This document shows positions 49,061 to 60,619 of a stretch of 64,000 bases of DNA, in pieces. Under the pieces are notes generated by a model, which was not told the DNA's origin, ran no database searches, and worked only from the letters and a program-made list of their open reading frames with translations. The stretch is from Octopus sinensis (taxonomy: Eukaryota): the NCBI RefSeq assembly GCF_006345805.1, contig NC_043001.1, positions 2,604,001 through 2,668,000 on the forward strand, in the 5' to 3' direction. Position numbers and translations under genes: made by a program. How positions within the stretch are numbered: position 1 is the stretch's first letter; each line of letters opens with the position of its first letter.

Positions 49061-49239
49061 TGTATGTATGTATGTATGTATGCATGTATGTATAACATTA
49101 TACAAGAGTCTCATGTTTGTCATTTGCTTCAAGAAGACTATGTCCACCTAATACACACTGCTGTTGTTTAATCCCAGATCCATAAGCAACAGTGTTCCAG
49201 CTAAGATGGCCCAGGAGTTCACCCTGGGCTATATTAGTC

Positions 49240-49900
49240 GCTCTTCTGTTTTTGTAATTATTAAAATTATAGAAAGCTATTAGAGGACAGGTTGGCTACT
49301 ATGTCTCAGAGATAAAATGCATAGGGGCTTCTCATCCAAACGTCTGATGTCTTCTGACCACAGGTCATCTTTTGTTAAACCTGCTTTGACTACTCTTCTA
49401 TATTCTGACACAAAGGTCATTGCTAGCCATCATAGGCTTGGGAAAAAGAGGTGAAAAGGGTGCAAGTGAACTCCCATAAAATCTTTGAGGGGGTAGGGCA
49501 AAAAATCCTTTTATTATTATCACCCTGTGTTTGTTCTGGTATTAAGATTGGAAAAAATTCAACCTAGTTTGTAAAAGATTTTGGACCAAGGTTTGTAAAC
49601 CTTAAACAAATTTCATTCCTGCATTAATGCTAATCATGGGTCTACATAGTGTTCAAGGTATCTAAATCGTGTGTTGCATGTTTCTTTGATCCATGTTCTT
49701 GGGTACAAATGTATATTCAGTATGAAGTCTGACAATTTCTGTTTGTGTCTTAGCGGCATTTCCAGTTTGGAATGTGTAACAAACGATGCTTATAAGCCAT
49801 TGAGTGGATTCCTGGTTATGCCCAGGAGAACCTGTTGTATTATTTGATGTCAGGTAAAATTTGTTGTGCTTCCATTCCTTTGTATACAAGATTATATGAG
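49240..49900 (-). pseudogene. Possible highly decayed CR1-like ORF2 fragments
   Basis: Scattered motifs across frames: SPG..GIH-like, IPNWK, QHDLDTL, and an IERVQSRFTK-like stretch. Many stops. Confidence 0.35.
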
Positions 49901-50519
49901 TTTCCCCATCACTCTCTCCTGGATCACATTCTATGGCAAAATAATGCTGCTGAGTTTACTAAATTCTTCTATTTGTATGTCTTGTCTTGAAACTGTGATA
50001 AATCCAAAAATCCTGTCCCTTTAGCTTTTAAGAAAAGTTCATCTTCACACAGCTACGAATGGGCCATAATGTTTGGAATTGTGCTAAGAGTTGCTACAGA
50101 ATTTGTTGTCGCTGTTGATGTTGTTGTTGTTGTTGTTATTATCGCTGTCTGCCAGATTACTTTTTCGAGAATTTCGGGATGTTTTATTCTTCATTGTGGT
50201 AATCATTTACTTCTTTCTCTTCTAAATTTAGTCGAATGTTTTGATTATGAGTTTTTGATTCTTCTTCACCATTGCAGTGTTCCACTGTGCTATGAAATTA
50301 TATGTGGAAGCTATTTTGAATGTGAAAATATGTATAAACGAAAGTTTAAAAGTTTGTGAAACAAACCTCTTTTTTTCTGTTCTCTACTTTTGTATACTGA
50401 GGTTAGCTCTTCTTTAGACATTTTTAGTTCTTTCTACAAGGCATCTTGTAGTGGACGAAATCCTTGCCCATATCATGAATGAATGCCCTAGACTTGCCCC
50501 AAACCATTTCAAGTTGTGG

Positions 50520-50785
50520 TGACATGATCAGATAGTAAAAGTGCTACATTGGAAACTGTGTTTAAAGTAGGGACTAGAGAAAGGCAAGACATGGTATGAG
50601 CATGAACCACAGAGAGCGGCAGATTGGGAGACTAGCAAAATCCTCTGGGATTTTCCAAAACGAACAGACCAGGTGCTAGAGCTGAACAGACTGGACCTAG
50701 TGATGGTGGACAAGTTGTACCACACATGCTATATAGTTGATGTTGCATGCTCCATTGACCCATGAATAATCAAGAAGGAAGGCAA

Positions 50786-50882
<97 letters not shown>

Positions 50883-51190
50883 ACCCTCCTAAGTATGAAA
50901 TAATATGGCTATATAAAATGAAGAGGGTGAAGATAGTACCAATTATTGTTGGGTCCTTGGGAAGAGTGTCAGAAGGCATCATGAGGAATTATAAAGGAAA
51001 TCGAAATAGAGTGCTGAGCAGAGCCATTACAAAAGAATTGTTTCCTTGGCATGGCCAGAATAATCAGGAAAGTATTAGAGAGCTGAAAAGAATGGATAGC
51101 ATGGTACTGTAGGTTGCAGGTGGCAAGCCCGCTACACATGCAAGACTCCAGGAGTTCCAACAAAACCTGTGATAAAAAGAAAAATAACAA
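50520..51190 (+). pseudogene. Dong/R4-type LINE RLE domain plus 3' UTR, split by (GATA)n
   Basis: HDQIVKVLHWKLC..GLEKGKTWYEHEP...KILWDF..TDQVLELNRLDLVMVDK..CYIVDVAC; KYEI..WL.KMKRVKIVPIIVGSLG; CFLGMARIIRKVLES*. Confidence 0.88.
50789..50882. repeat. Pure (GATA)n microsatellite
   Basis: About 23 perfect units. Confidence 0.97.
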
Positions 51191-51612
51191 TGATGAAGAT
51201 GTTAATGATGATGATGATGATGATGATGATGACGACGACGATGATGGTGATGAGGATGATGATAAAGTGAATATTAAATTAGAAACAAGGAAAAATACAA
51301 GTTTAAATAAATTAATAGAAGGCAAAATGGAGGAAAAAACATTTGAAATTGAATAATGAAAAATTTAATACAAGTTTAAGTGGATTATGACAGTTTTATG
51401 CAAAGTAGATTACTGTCGTCATGGGAACGATAAATGTCGATGGATTAGTTACAAGGAATTTGACAGCAAGTGGAAAAGGTTTATTCAAATGCTATGCGGA
51501 AGCAGTATATATCAAACTCCTTCACGTTCTTATGACAGAAGAAATCGAAGCAGGGAAGGAGTAAAAGGGCAGGAGGAGAAGGAAGAGTATATGAGAGAAG
51601 GAGAGATGATAA

Positions 51613-51643
<31 letters not shown>

Positions 51644-52216
51644 CATTTATAGTATTCATTAGTTATGAAATAACATTAATAGGGTTTGACAGGAGGATAA
51701 GGTATTCAAAGCTGGAGTAATTGGATAATTTCATATTCCTCGTTAAGTAAGGAAGGAAGAAAATATAGAAAAAAGCAGATGATAGCAGTGAGAATGAAAT
51801 AATGCAATGTTTTTCTCTTATTTGTTGAATAATATCTTTGAAAAACCCACATAAAAAATAAAAACTTTACAAAAAATACACAGTAAAATGGTGAAAAAGA
51901 AAACAATAATTAGTATAGTGGCATTAACAGGTCTTGGGATAAGAAGAGAGACAAGTTTAAATAATATTGGAAAAGTAATTTTGGTTTTATGTAGAGAGTT
52001 TTTGTTACAAAAACAAATTATTTTCCAATTACAAATGAACTTCTGTTAATGCATGCAAGGTAAGCGATATAACTGACAGACACAAATATATACATGCAAG
52101 CACTCACAGGGACATGCACAGATACACACACACACTTATATCAAGTGCTTTACTAAAATTTCATCAGTAGGAAGATATTTGAAGCCATGTGTTTGATATA
52201 CACACACATGCATACA

Positions 52217-52250
<34 letters not shown>

Positions 52251-52255
52251 CATAC

Positions 52256-52356
<101 letters not shown>

Positions 52357-52495
52357 GTGTGTATATTTCCTTGTTAACAATTAACACAGGAAAAATAGAT
52401 AAATAGTTACCAGGGTTGCAAAAAATCACACAAGTAAAGAGGTTGTAACTCCTTGTTTTTAAAGGTAGAAACTTCGGGTTTACGTGGAATTTTTG

Positions 52496-52644
52496 GTATA
52501 ATATATAAATAAATAAATTGGGTTAAACGCAGGTGTTATTCAAATTCTTTTACTTCCGACACATGTTTTGAAACATGTGTTGGAAGTAAAAGTATTTGAA
52601 TTATACCTGCGTTAAACTCCATTTATTTATTTATTTATATATAC
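52496..52644. repeat. Long fold-back palindrome
   Basis: 52509-52568 versus the reverse complement of 52571-52630: 53/60 identical, with a 2-nt spacer. Confidence 0.9.
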
Positions 52645-52899
52645 AAACATACATATATATCCATCTACATACATATATATCCATCTACATACATATATAT
52701 ATATATATAAATATATACTAAAACACTGTTTGTTTGTACTCCACCTGCCTTCGTCTTTTGTTTATTTTCGTAAACCTGCCTTCGTCTTTTGTTTATTTTC
52801 ATAAACCTTCCCATTTTATAAATATATATAATGTTTATATATTCAAAATGGCTGATCGTTAGTAAGGAATGACACACAAATAAGAAAGAAGAAAGCAAA

Positions 52900-52944
52900 G
52901 GACCACTGATGAGGTCACAGAAGTGTGACGAAAGAACTCTGGCC
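52900..52944 (+). ncRNA. Type I hammerhead ribozyme motif (Penelope pLTR-type)
   Basis: GGACCA-CTGATGA-G-[GTCACA-GAAG-TGTGAC]-GAAA-G-AA-CTC-TGGCC: intact core, perfect 6-bp stem II, minimal stem III, stem I CCA/TGG plus GG/CC. Confidence 0.75.
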
Positions 52945-53099
52945 GAAATACAATTAAAGTAAAATTAAATTAAGCTGAAGCAAATTAACACCAAATATAT
53001 ATACATGCATGCGTGTACACATGTATCAATGTATATAAATAAACCTAAATATTTTGCTTAAGAAAACGTTATGAGAGAAAAACAAATCTACTGACAAAA

Positions 53100-53319
53100 A
53101 TAATTAAATCAAGTAATTTTTGCTTACTTGTGAAATAATATAACTACCTAGAAGCCATCTTGAATATGTCTGATCTCCTTTTAGCCTTCAGAGGAAGAGG
53201 ATATAAATGAAATTAGCCTCATGCACAAGGTTCAGTTTATGGAACTGAGTCAAACCGTTATTCAAATAGCATTATCTATCCATCTATCTATCTACCTACC
53301 TACCTAATTACCTACCTAC

Positions 53320-53359
<40 letters not shown>

Positions 53360-53484
53360 TTATCTGCCTATCTATCTACCTATCTCTCTCTCTCTCTATC
53401 TCTCTTTCTATCTATCTATATCTATCTATCTATCTATTTATCTACCTATCTATCTACCTATCTCTCTCTCTCTCTATCTCTCTT

Positions 53485-53516
<32 letters not shown>

Positions 53517-54730
53517 ACTATCTATCTATCTTTCTATCTATCTATCTATCTGTCTCTTTATCTACCTATCTAACCAAAGGTCCAACAAGTTCCAACTCAC
53601 ATTGCAAAAATATCTTTTAAAACCATTTAAAACATCATCAAACGTGTTTATTAAAGCAGGTGAAGCAAAAAATATCAAAGAAGTAAACAACCGGACATGC
53701 AACAAAATCCTGACAACATACAAGAAAGAACAGCCCCAGCACTTGTAATTCAATTAATGCAGAGGCAAAATATTTAGCTACAAGATTTGAAATAAAAGAT
53801 AAAGAAGAAAAGGTTATCCCACGAAATCCTTGTATATACTAGAAAGATAACTTCAAGCAAAATCTAGCTGTAGATTAATAAATCCTATTAATAAATCCTA
53901 CAAAAAGTGAAATAGGAATTATTAGTAAATCCATATCAGATAATATCATACGACATATCAGTACATACACAAACCTTACCCAACAGATATGCAGAAGAGC
54001 AACTATTGAATGGTTTTAAAAAATAGAAGATAAACCCAAAATTCATCCAATTTAACATCGTAGATCTCCAAAAGCTTGCTTGAAAAGGCACTTGAATTTA
54101 ATAAGGCATATGTTACCATAACAAACACTGATATAAATAAAATTATGATGATAAGGAAGTCATTAGTTTTTCGTAATTTCTCTGGGGTAAAAAAGAATGA
54201 GGATGAGATGGGGAGCTATGATGGTGCAGAGAAAGCTGATCATGTAGGTGTTTATATCCAAGATATACTTTGAAAAGAAATACAAGAAGCCATCATAGGT
54301 TTATAAAGGGTCGATGGCCTAGGAGTGGTACACAATAAGCACAAACATGATATGGATAGGATCAGGAAAAAATTAGGCAAAATATTTAGCCAATTAGGTC
54401 TAAGAACCACAATTAGCACCAACCTTAAAGAAGTCGACTTCCTAGATATTAACATGAACCTTAGTACAGGCAAATTTAAACCCTACCACAAATGAAATGA
54501 AGAAACCTCATACATAGACATAAGCTGCAACCACCCAACAGAAGTTTGTAAACAACTAGTTAATAACATTAGCAGGTGTGTCTTCAATCTATCTCCAGAT
54601 AAAGACACTTTTCAGAAAGCTGCCACATATTATGATGCTGCATTGGAAAGGTTCAACTTCAAGAATAGCATAAATTACATTGGACCAAATACAAAGAGAC
54701 CAACAAGATGCAGACAGAGGAAAAGAGAAA
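53100..54730 (+). pseudogene. Decayed Penelope-like element RT (Naiad-type motifs)
   Basis: SCRLINP-TKSEIGIISK, TIEWF, FIQFNIVD, LLEKALEF, GSYDGAE, GL*RVDGLG (from YRDDGL), TNLKEVDFLDINMNLSTGKFKPY, CNHP. Interrupted by (CTAT)n at 53270-53570. Confidence 0.8.
53270..53570. repeat. (CTAT)n/(CTAC)n/(CT)n compound microsatellite
   Basis: Directly visible. Confidence 0.95.
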
Positions 54731-55001
54731 CACTGTCAAAGTTAGCTATAGTTGCCTCTCCAATAAAGTGTCATTGTGAATTCACAAGACTTTGTACTTT
54801 CATCCAAAATGGAAACGAACACCATTCATCCATGTGACTGGCTTGAAAATTGCTAAGATATTAAGATATTTTTCTTAACATGAAACCAATGGTAACTTTA
54901 ATACACAAATAAACAAATTCTATCCACCAATGCGGTGATATGCACTCATTCTTGTTGTTTGACATTTACATATGTATATGTATATAATATACACACACAC
55001 T

Positions 55002-55060
<59 letters not shown>

Positions 55061-55094
55061 TCAGACACTCATATATTTATGCACACTCACATAT

Positions 55095-55385
55095 AATGGC
55101 AATATGCTCTGCTTGACAAGACTCAGGAAGCCAAGTGAAATCCTAGCCATGGCCATTACCAGTGTCATGGGAATGGCACCCCTGCTTGTGGCACATAAAA
55201 AACATCGATTACACTCTTGGAGCAGTTGGTTTCAGGAAGAGCATCCAGTCATAGAAACCATGAAAAATATGACTGAAACCTCGTGCATCTCTCCAGCTTA
55301 CCAGTTCCACTCAAACCATCTAACCCATGTCAGCATGCAAAGCAGACGTTAAACGATGACAATGACTATGACAATGATGATGATG
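55095..55385 (+). mobile_element. RTE ORF end plus short 3' UTR (family C)
   Basis: CTCTGCTTGACAAGACTCAGGAAGCCAAGTGAAATC...GACGTTAAAC(GAT)n-like tail. Confidence 0.75.
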
Positions 55386-55466
55386 ATAAGGAGGAGGATA
55401 TATATGATAGATTGCTAGCCACTAAACTCTTTATTTTATTTTCTCTCCCTGTTTATTTCTGTGTTC

Positions 55467-55502
55467 CTTTCTGTTGAAGAGCATAGGCTCGAAATGTAAA
55501 AG
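55467..55502 (+). ncRNA. Minimal type I hammerhead-like motif in a pLTR-like repeat (55440-55590)
   Basis: CTTT-CTGTTGA-A-[GAGC-ATAG-GCTC]-GAAA-TGTA-AAAG. The core has an A6-to-T variant, and GAAATGTA is probably GAAACGTA after CpG decay. Confidence 0.6.
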
Positions 55503-55889
55503 ACTTTCTCAATTCCCAAGCATTGAACTAATACATCTATTTGTTGTTTACACACCCGTCTTCGTCTTTTGTTTTTTGTAAATTCTCACTATACACACAC
55601 ACACACACATACACACAGATGTATACATCTTGATTGGATGTCTTGTTTTTGGCATAATTTCTCTAGCTCAATGTACTTCCTAATGCCAGCCACCCCACAG
55701 TGTATACTGGAGGCATATTTCTCCTCCTGTGTTTCGTGGCAGCAGCTCTACACACATTGCTTTGCTATCAACAACACTAAACACCTGTCTTTCGCAGAAA
55801 ACCCTGCGTTTCAGCCATTTGAATCAATAATCAATCAGTCACAGATTGCAATGGAACATTTCTATGGCATAAAGTCTATCTTTTATTTT

Positions 55890-56265
55890 TTCTTTTATTT
55901 GTTTCAGTCATTAGATTGTGGCCATGCTGGGCTAGTCTAGTGAAGCATGCCTAGTACTTTTTTCTTTTTTTTAAATCTTAGTACTTATTCTATCAGTCTC
56001 ATTTGCTGCACTGCTAGGTTACTGTAATGTGACCACACCAATACCAGTTGTCAAGCAGTGGTGGGGGTACAAACACAGACACAATGACACACACACAGAA
56101 ATCTATATACAATGAGCTTCTCTCAGTTTCCATCTATCAAATTCACTCACAGGGCTTTGGTTGGCCCAGGGTTCTAGTAGGAAGCATTTGCCTAAAATGC
56201 CATACAGTGGGATTGAACCCAGAACCATGTGGTCGGGAATCAAACTGCTTAGTATGCAGCCATGT
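55890..56265 (-). mobile_element. SINE family A, full length
   Basis: TTTCAGTCATTAGATTGTGGCCATGCTGG...GGGATTGAACCCAGAACCATGTGG. Confidence 0.85.
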
Positions 56266-57229
56266 GCTTCACTATGACAGAGCAAAGCTGTCTTATGAAG
56301 AACTGAAATGTATTCCAAGTTAAAGAGTCATCTTATGAGCATCGTCTATTTTTTAATATCAATATTGATATATCGTTGATGGGATCTGTTTACTAAGATC
56401 TAATTTATCCATTGTTAATTTGCTAATAACCATGAAGACTAAGAACTCCATATTGAAAGATTCGTGATCATTAAGAAACATGACCTCTCGATGTCTCCAG
56501 GCTATTCTAATGTCTGTAGATTTTGTCTTAACATGTCATTTCATAAGATCAATACGGCATTGTCTTACACATTACTCTTCTGTTCCAGGCATTTACTGAT
56601 GCCTGATAGAGAATATCTTGTTATGTGTTCTTTTACACAGTAAAATATATTGAGATGCAAGAACGACATTGAGAGCCATTTAGTCTCAAATTCTGTATAA
56701 AATCACTTCTGTAAATAAATTTCCTGCAGCTGATTGTGTATGTGTGCTTTTTTAAGGTTGTGCATGTGTTTCTATGCATGTGTGAGTATATCTGAATGTA
56801 AGTCTGTGAGGTGAAGAAGTTTGCTTAGAAACATAAGGTTCTGCTTTCAATTCCACAGTGTGGCACTTTGCGAATGTGTCTTTTGTAGTAGTCTGATACG
56901 ACTTTGGGTAAGTGATGCATGTAAAGAATGACAGTTGTATAAAGAAGTGCCAAGTTCTTCAAGTGGATGGAACATGTTCAAGAAGTTGATTGAGGAAGAT
57001 ATAAGGTAGAGTGAGGAAAATTGAATAAGATACAAAAAGGATTCTGCATTTGGGTCTCTGTTGGAGGGAGATGGAAAAAAAAGGGCCATGAGGGACAATG
57101 CATATATTTAATGATTGTCACTCGAGTCTGAAAAACATGGTTCTGCAATTTCTTGTTGAACAACCAACACAGAGGATCCGTTTAACGAGATCAGTTTTTG
57201 TGCTGCCCATTCCCAAATTCCATCAAATG

Positions 57230-57400
57230 AATGTTACCTGTACAGGTGCATGGTGTGTCACACATCAGGTGCTGAAGTGATTGTAGAGTAACTTGAGATA
57301 AAGTATTTTACTCAAGAACACAAACACCACCCTCTCAGGTAATTGAACTCACAATCTCATGATTGTGAGAGTGACATCCTGTCCACTAGGCCATGTACCC
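57230..57400 (-). mobile_element. tRNA-CORE SINE fragment
   Basis: GATAAAGTATTTTACTCAAGAACACAA (degenerate reverse-complement CORE), ATTGAACTC, CCACTAGGCCATG. Confidence 0.6.
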
Positions 57401-57460
57401 ACACCAGGGCAATACATAGCAAAGGAAAATCACTACCCCTATCTCTGTAAATATGGTAAA

Positions 57461-57620
57461 ATGGTTGTTAAAATATTTGCAGCGATGGGTGTCCTGATGT
57501 AAAATGAATTTACATTTAGGTCTCTTGCTCATTTTATTCCTGTTAAGTCTCCATCATTAACCTTTCTTCTTCCACTCATTCTCTTACAACATCCATCACT
57601 GCAAATATTTTAACAACCAT
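57461..57620. mobile_element. MITE with 28-bp terminal inverted repeats
   Basis: ATGGTTGTTAAAATATTTGCAGCGATGG (57461-57488) versus CCATCACTGCAAATATTTTAACAACCAT (57593-57620); 1 mismatch. Confidence 0.7.
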
Positions 57621-57789
57621 ACTGGAGCAAGCAATATAGTGTTCTTTGCTTTTTTATTCTTTGTTCTTAAAGATTTCACAAAAAAGAAGGCAAAGAATAA
57701 AGGAATAAAGAAAATGCCATTGAGCATTTTGTCTGGCATGGTACGGATTCTGTCTGCTCATTGCATTTATAACAACAACAACAACAATA

Positions 57790-58005
57790 GCAATTGGTGC
57801 ATTTGGAAGCATCAACACTCATCTACCAGCATGACTGAAAAAGATTGGTGCAAGTGTGAAGGTAGGACACCTACAAAAATCAGCATTGCTTGGAACTGCA
57901 AGAATTCTTCACAGGATTCTTGTAGTATGACCAGTAAACAAGTGTCACCAGAGTCTGTTGGCTGTGGACAGCTGACACATTCCATCCATACCAAGTAAAA
58001 TAACC
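57790..58005 (+). pseudogene. Dong/R4-type LINE extreme 3' end
   Basis: IGAFGSINTHLPA*LKKIGASVKVGHLQKSALLGTARILHRIL*, then 3' UTR. Preceded by (AAC)n. Confidence 0.8.
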
Positions 58006-58299
58006 TTAAACAATCAGAAAGACTTCCATTAGTAAATCTACAACAGAAAACCATTTTATTTTCGAAATAAAGGTCATGCACTGTTTATCTTGATATGGGA
58101 TGACTATGTTGTGCAGATATGGTTGTGATGCATAAGCCTGATATACCCTTATCAGACAGGTAGTCATGATGGGTATATTGGGCTTTCTATATTTTACTCC
58201 AGTGTCACTTTGATGGCATGCACTGCTCTCACACACAATAATAACAATAATAGTGACAATAATAAAATAATCTGGGATGTAAAACATCTAGAGCTAGAA

Positions 58300-59187
58300 G
58301 TAAGATATTCTCACCAAATCACAAAGAATTCATTGATGTGAAATATTTCAACGATTCTTTGAACAAAGTAAGCTACAATCCAAAATGATTCTCCCCCCCC
58401 CCCCCCAAAAAAAAATCAGTAATAATAAAATAGAGATCCTTATATCACCCATAGTAGCAGGAGGAGTGAAAGAATTTTGGGAAGAAGTATGGATGGTAAA
58501 AGAACTACCCCAGGAAAGATCAGTTAAAACAAACACAACACCTGAGCAACTCTGGACACTTATAACAATGGAAGAAGTAACCTTCTTTAGAAAAGCACCA
58601 GGATGCAACAAGATTCTCAGTTTCTAACTAAAACTTTTAACAGGAATACATAAAGCATTGGCAGAGAAGCTCAGTGAGAGACTAATGGAGGCAGAGACAA
58701 CACCTTAATGGCTCACAGAAGGGAAAGATATCCTAATCCCAAATCCATTAAAATAACAAATGCATAAAGCTACAGACCCATAATATGTCTCCCTGCAACC
58801 TACAAATCCTTAACTGCAATAATATCACAGAGAATGGGCCAACATCTAAAAAAAACAACCTGTTTCCGGAAGAGCAGAAGAGATGCCGCAAAGGCTCTGG
58901 TGGCTGTAAAGACCAATTATTGATCAATAAAGCCATAACTGAAGACAGTCAAAAGAAAAAGAAGGATCTAAGCATGAGTTGGATCAATTATCAGAAAGCT
59001 TTTGACTGTATTCCCTAGAGCCAGTGTTTCGAGGATGGAAACACTAGCCATGAACACGGTAGCACCAACAATAATAAAAAATATAAAACATGTCATGAAC
59101 AAATGGCAAACAATTCTGCAGTTCCAGACAAAAGAAGGAATCATAAAAGCTAAAGCCATCCCCATTAGAAGAGGAATATTCCAAGGA

Positions 59188-59226
<39 letters not shown>

Positions 59227-60345
59227 CACTCCTTTTCTATCTGGCACTGATACCTTTCACTGACATGTTACGATAAAATAACCAACCATCTTTTGTATAT
59301 GGATGATCTAAAACTGGATGTTGCAAATGACAAACAGCTGAAACCATTACCACAGACGGTGCATGGATTTACCAAACATGAACTTTGGTTTAGGAAAATG
59401 TGCCAAAGCAATCTTGAAAAGAGGAAAACTTATTAAGAATAATAATATGACACTAAATAAAGGAAATGCACAAAGGGAATTAGACCAAAGTCAAACATAG
59501 GAATCAATGAGCCAGATAAGGTACAACACACACAAATGTATGAGAAGATAAGGAATGCTGCAGACAGGTTAGATTAACACTTGAAACAGAGCTGAATGCA
59601 AAAAATAAGATAATGGGTATCAATACTGTAGCTGTCCCAGTTACAAGTAGCAGTTATAGTATTCATAATTTGACACTAAATGGATTTGGCAAACTAGGAA
59701 AATAATGACAGTATTTAGAATACATCACCAAAAATCTGATATAGAAAAGTTATATAAACGGCAAACTGAATCTAGTAGAGGCCTTATGCATTTAGGAAAC
59801 TATATTATAAGATAAAGGATTAGAGAAATACTTAACTCAGAAGCAAGGAAAACTGGTACAAAATGCCACACAACATGAGCAAAACACAAAAGTATTTGCT
59901 GTCTTTAAGGAAGCCAAAAATTACAAGAAAGAGGTACCTGAAAACAATGCAAAAGAAAAAAAAAACAGAAGCAGAGCAAATGGCAAAAGTTGTAAAGCAA
60001 CGAAAATCTAAACAAAAAGTGAAACTACAAAATACCAGGATAAAATGATGGCAAGAAAAACTGTTGCTTAGCAAATACTGGGATAAGCAAAACAGAACAG
60101 AAATAGACAAAGTGAAATCCCAACAAAAGTTGAGAAGTTCAGGACTCAAAGCAGAGACAAAAGGAGTTTTAATTGCAGCACAAGATCAAAGCCTCCCCAC
60201 CAGAAACACATAATGAAGGAAAATATTATACTATAAGTAACTACAGAATATGTGGTGATGGGGAAGAAACAAAGAAAAGGATATTGTGTCTGGAGACCCA
60301 GTCCTGGCTAAGAAGGAGGGAGATATCCAGACATGACAGAACTGA
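58300..60345 (+). pseudogene. Dong/R4-type LINE RT through zinc-knuckle region, decayed
   Basis: KAPG; YRPIICLP; NNLFPEEQKRCRKGSGGCKDQLLINKAI; SWINYQKAFDCIP; RRGIFQGDSLS; NHLLYMDDLKL; GLKAETKGVLIAAQDQSLPTRN; CRICGDGEET. Confidence 0.9.
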
Positions 60346-60435
60346 TGGTTAATAGGGGACATAATTGATGAAAAGGAGACTGAGTTACGTCACGTGTTAA
60401 TGTTTCTGCAGACCTAAGCAAGATGTTTAAAGAAA

Positions 60436-60492
60436 GATTGCCAATTACCTGTGATTGCCAATTACCTGTGAATGCGAATTACCTGTGATTGC
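60436..60492. repeat. 17-bp tandem repeat, about 3.3 copies (GATTGCCAATTACCTGT)
   Basis: Units at 60436, 60453 and 60470. Confidence 0.9.
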
Positions 60493-60619
60493 AGATCTCT
60501 CCATCTCCATAACACTGATGTTTATTCAAGGGAAAGGCACTTGATTTGGGCTGATACAGCTTGGCATCTGTGTCATCACTGGAATTGCTCTGAGAATGGA
60601 ATGAGCTGGACCATATGCC

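Noticed and set aside
49210-49230. GCCCAGG-AGTTCAC-CCTGGGC hairpin resembling a 7SL/Alu segment
   Set aside because: Isolated short match with no flanking SRP-RNA similarity.
54260-54500. In-frame TGA codons in the Penelope RT as possible selenocysteine
   Set aside because: They do not fall at expected Cys positions, and the copy also has TAA stops and frameshifts, so ordinary decay explains them.
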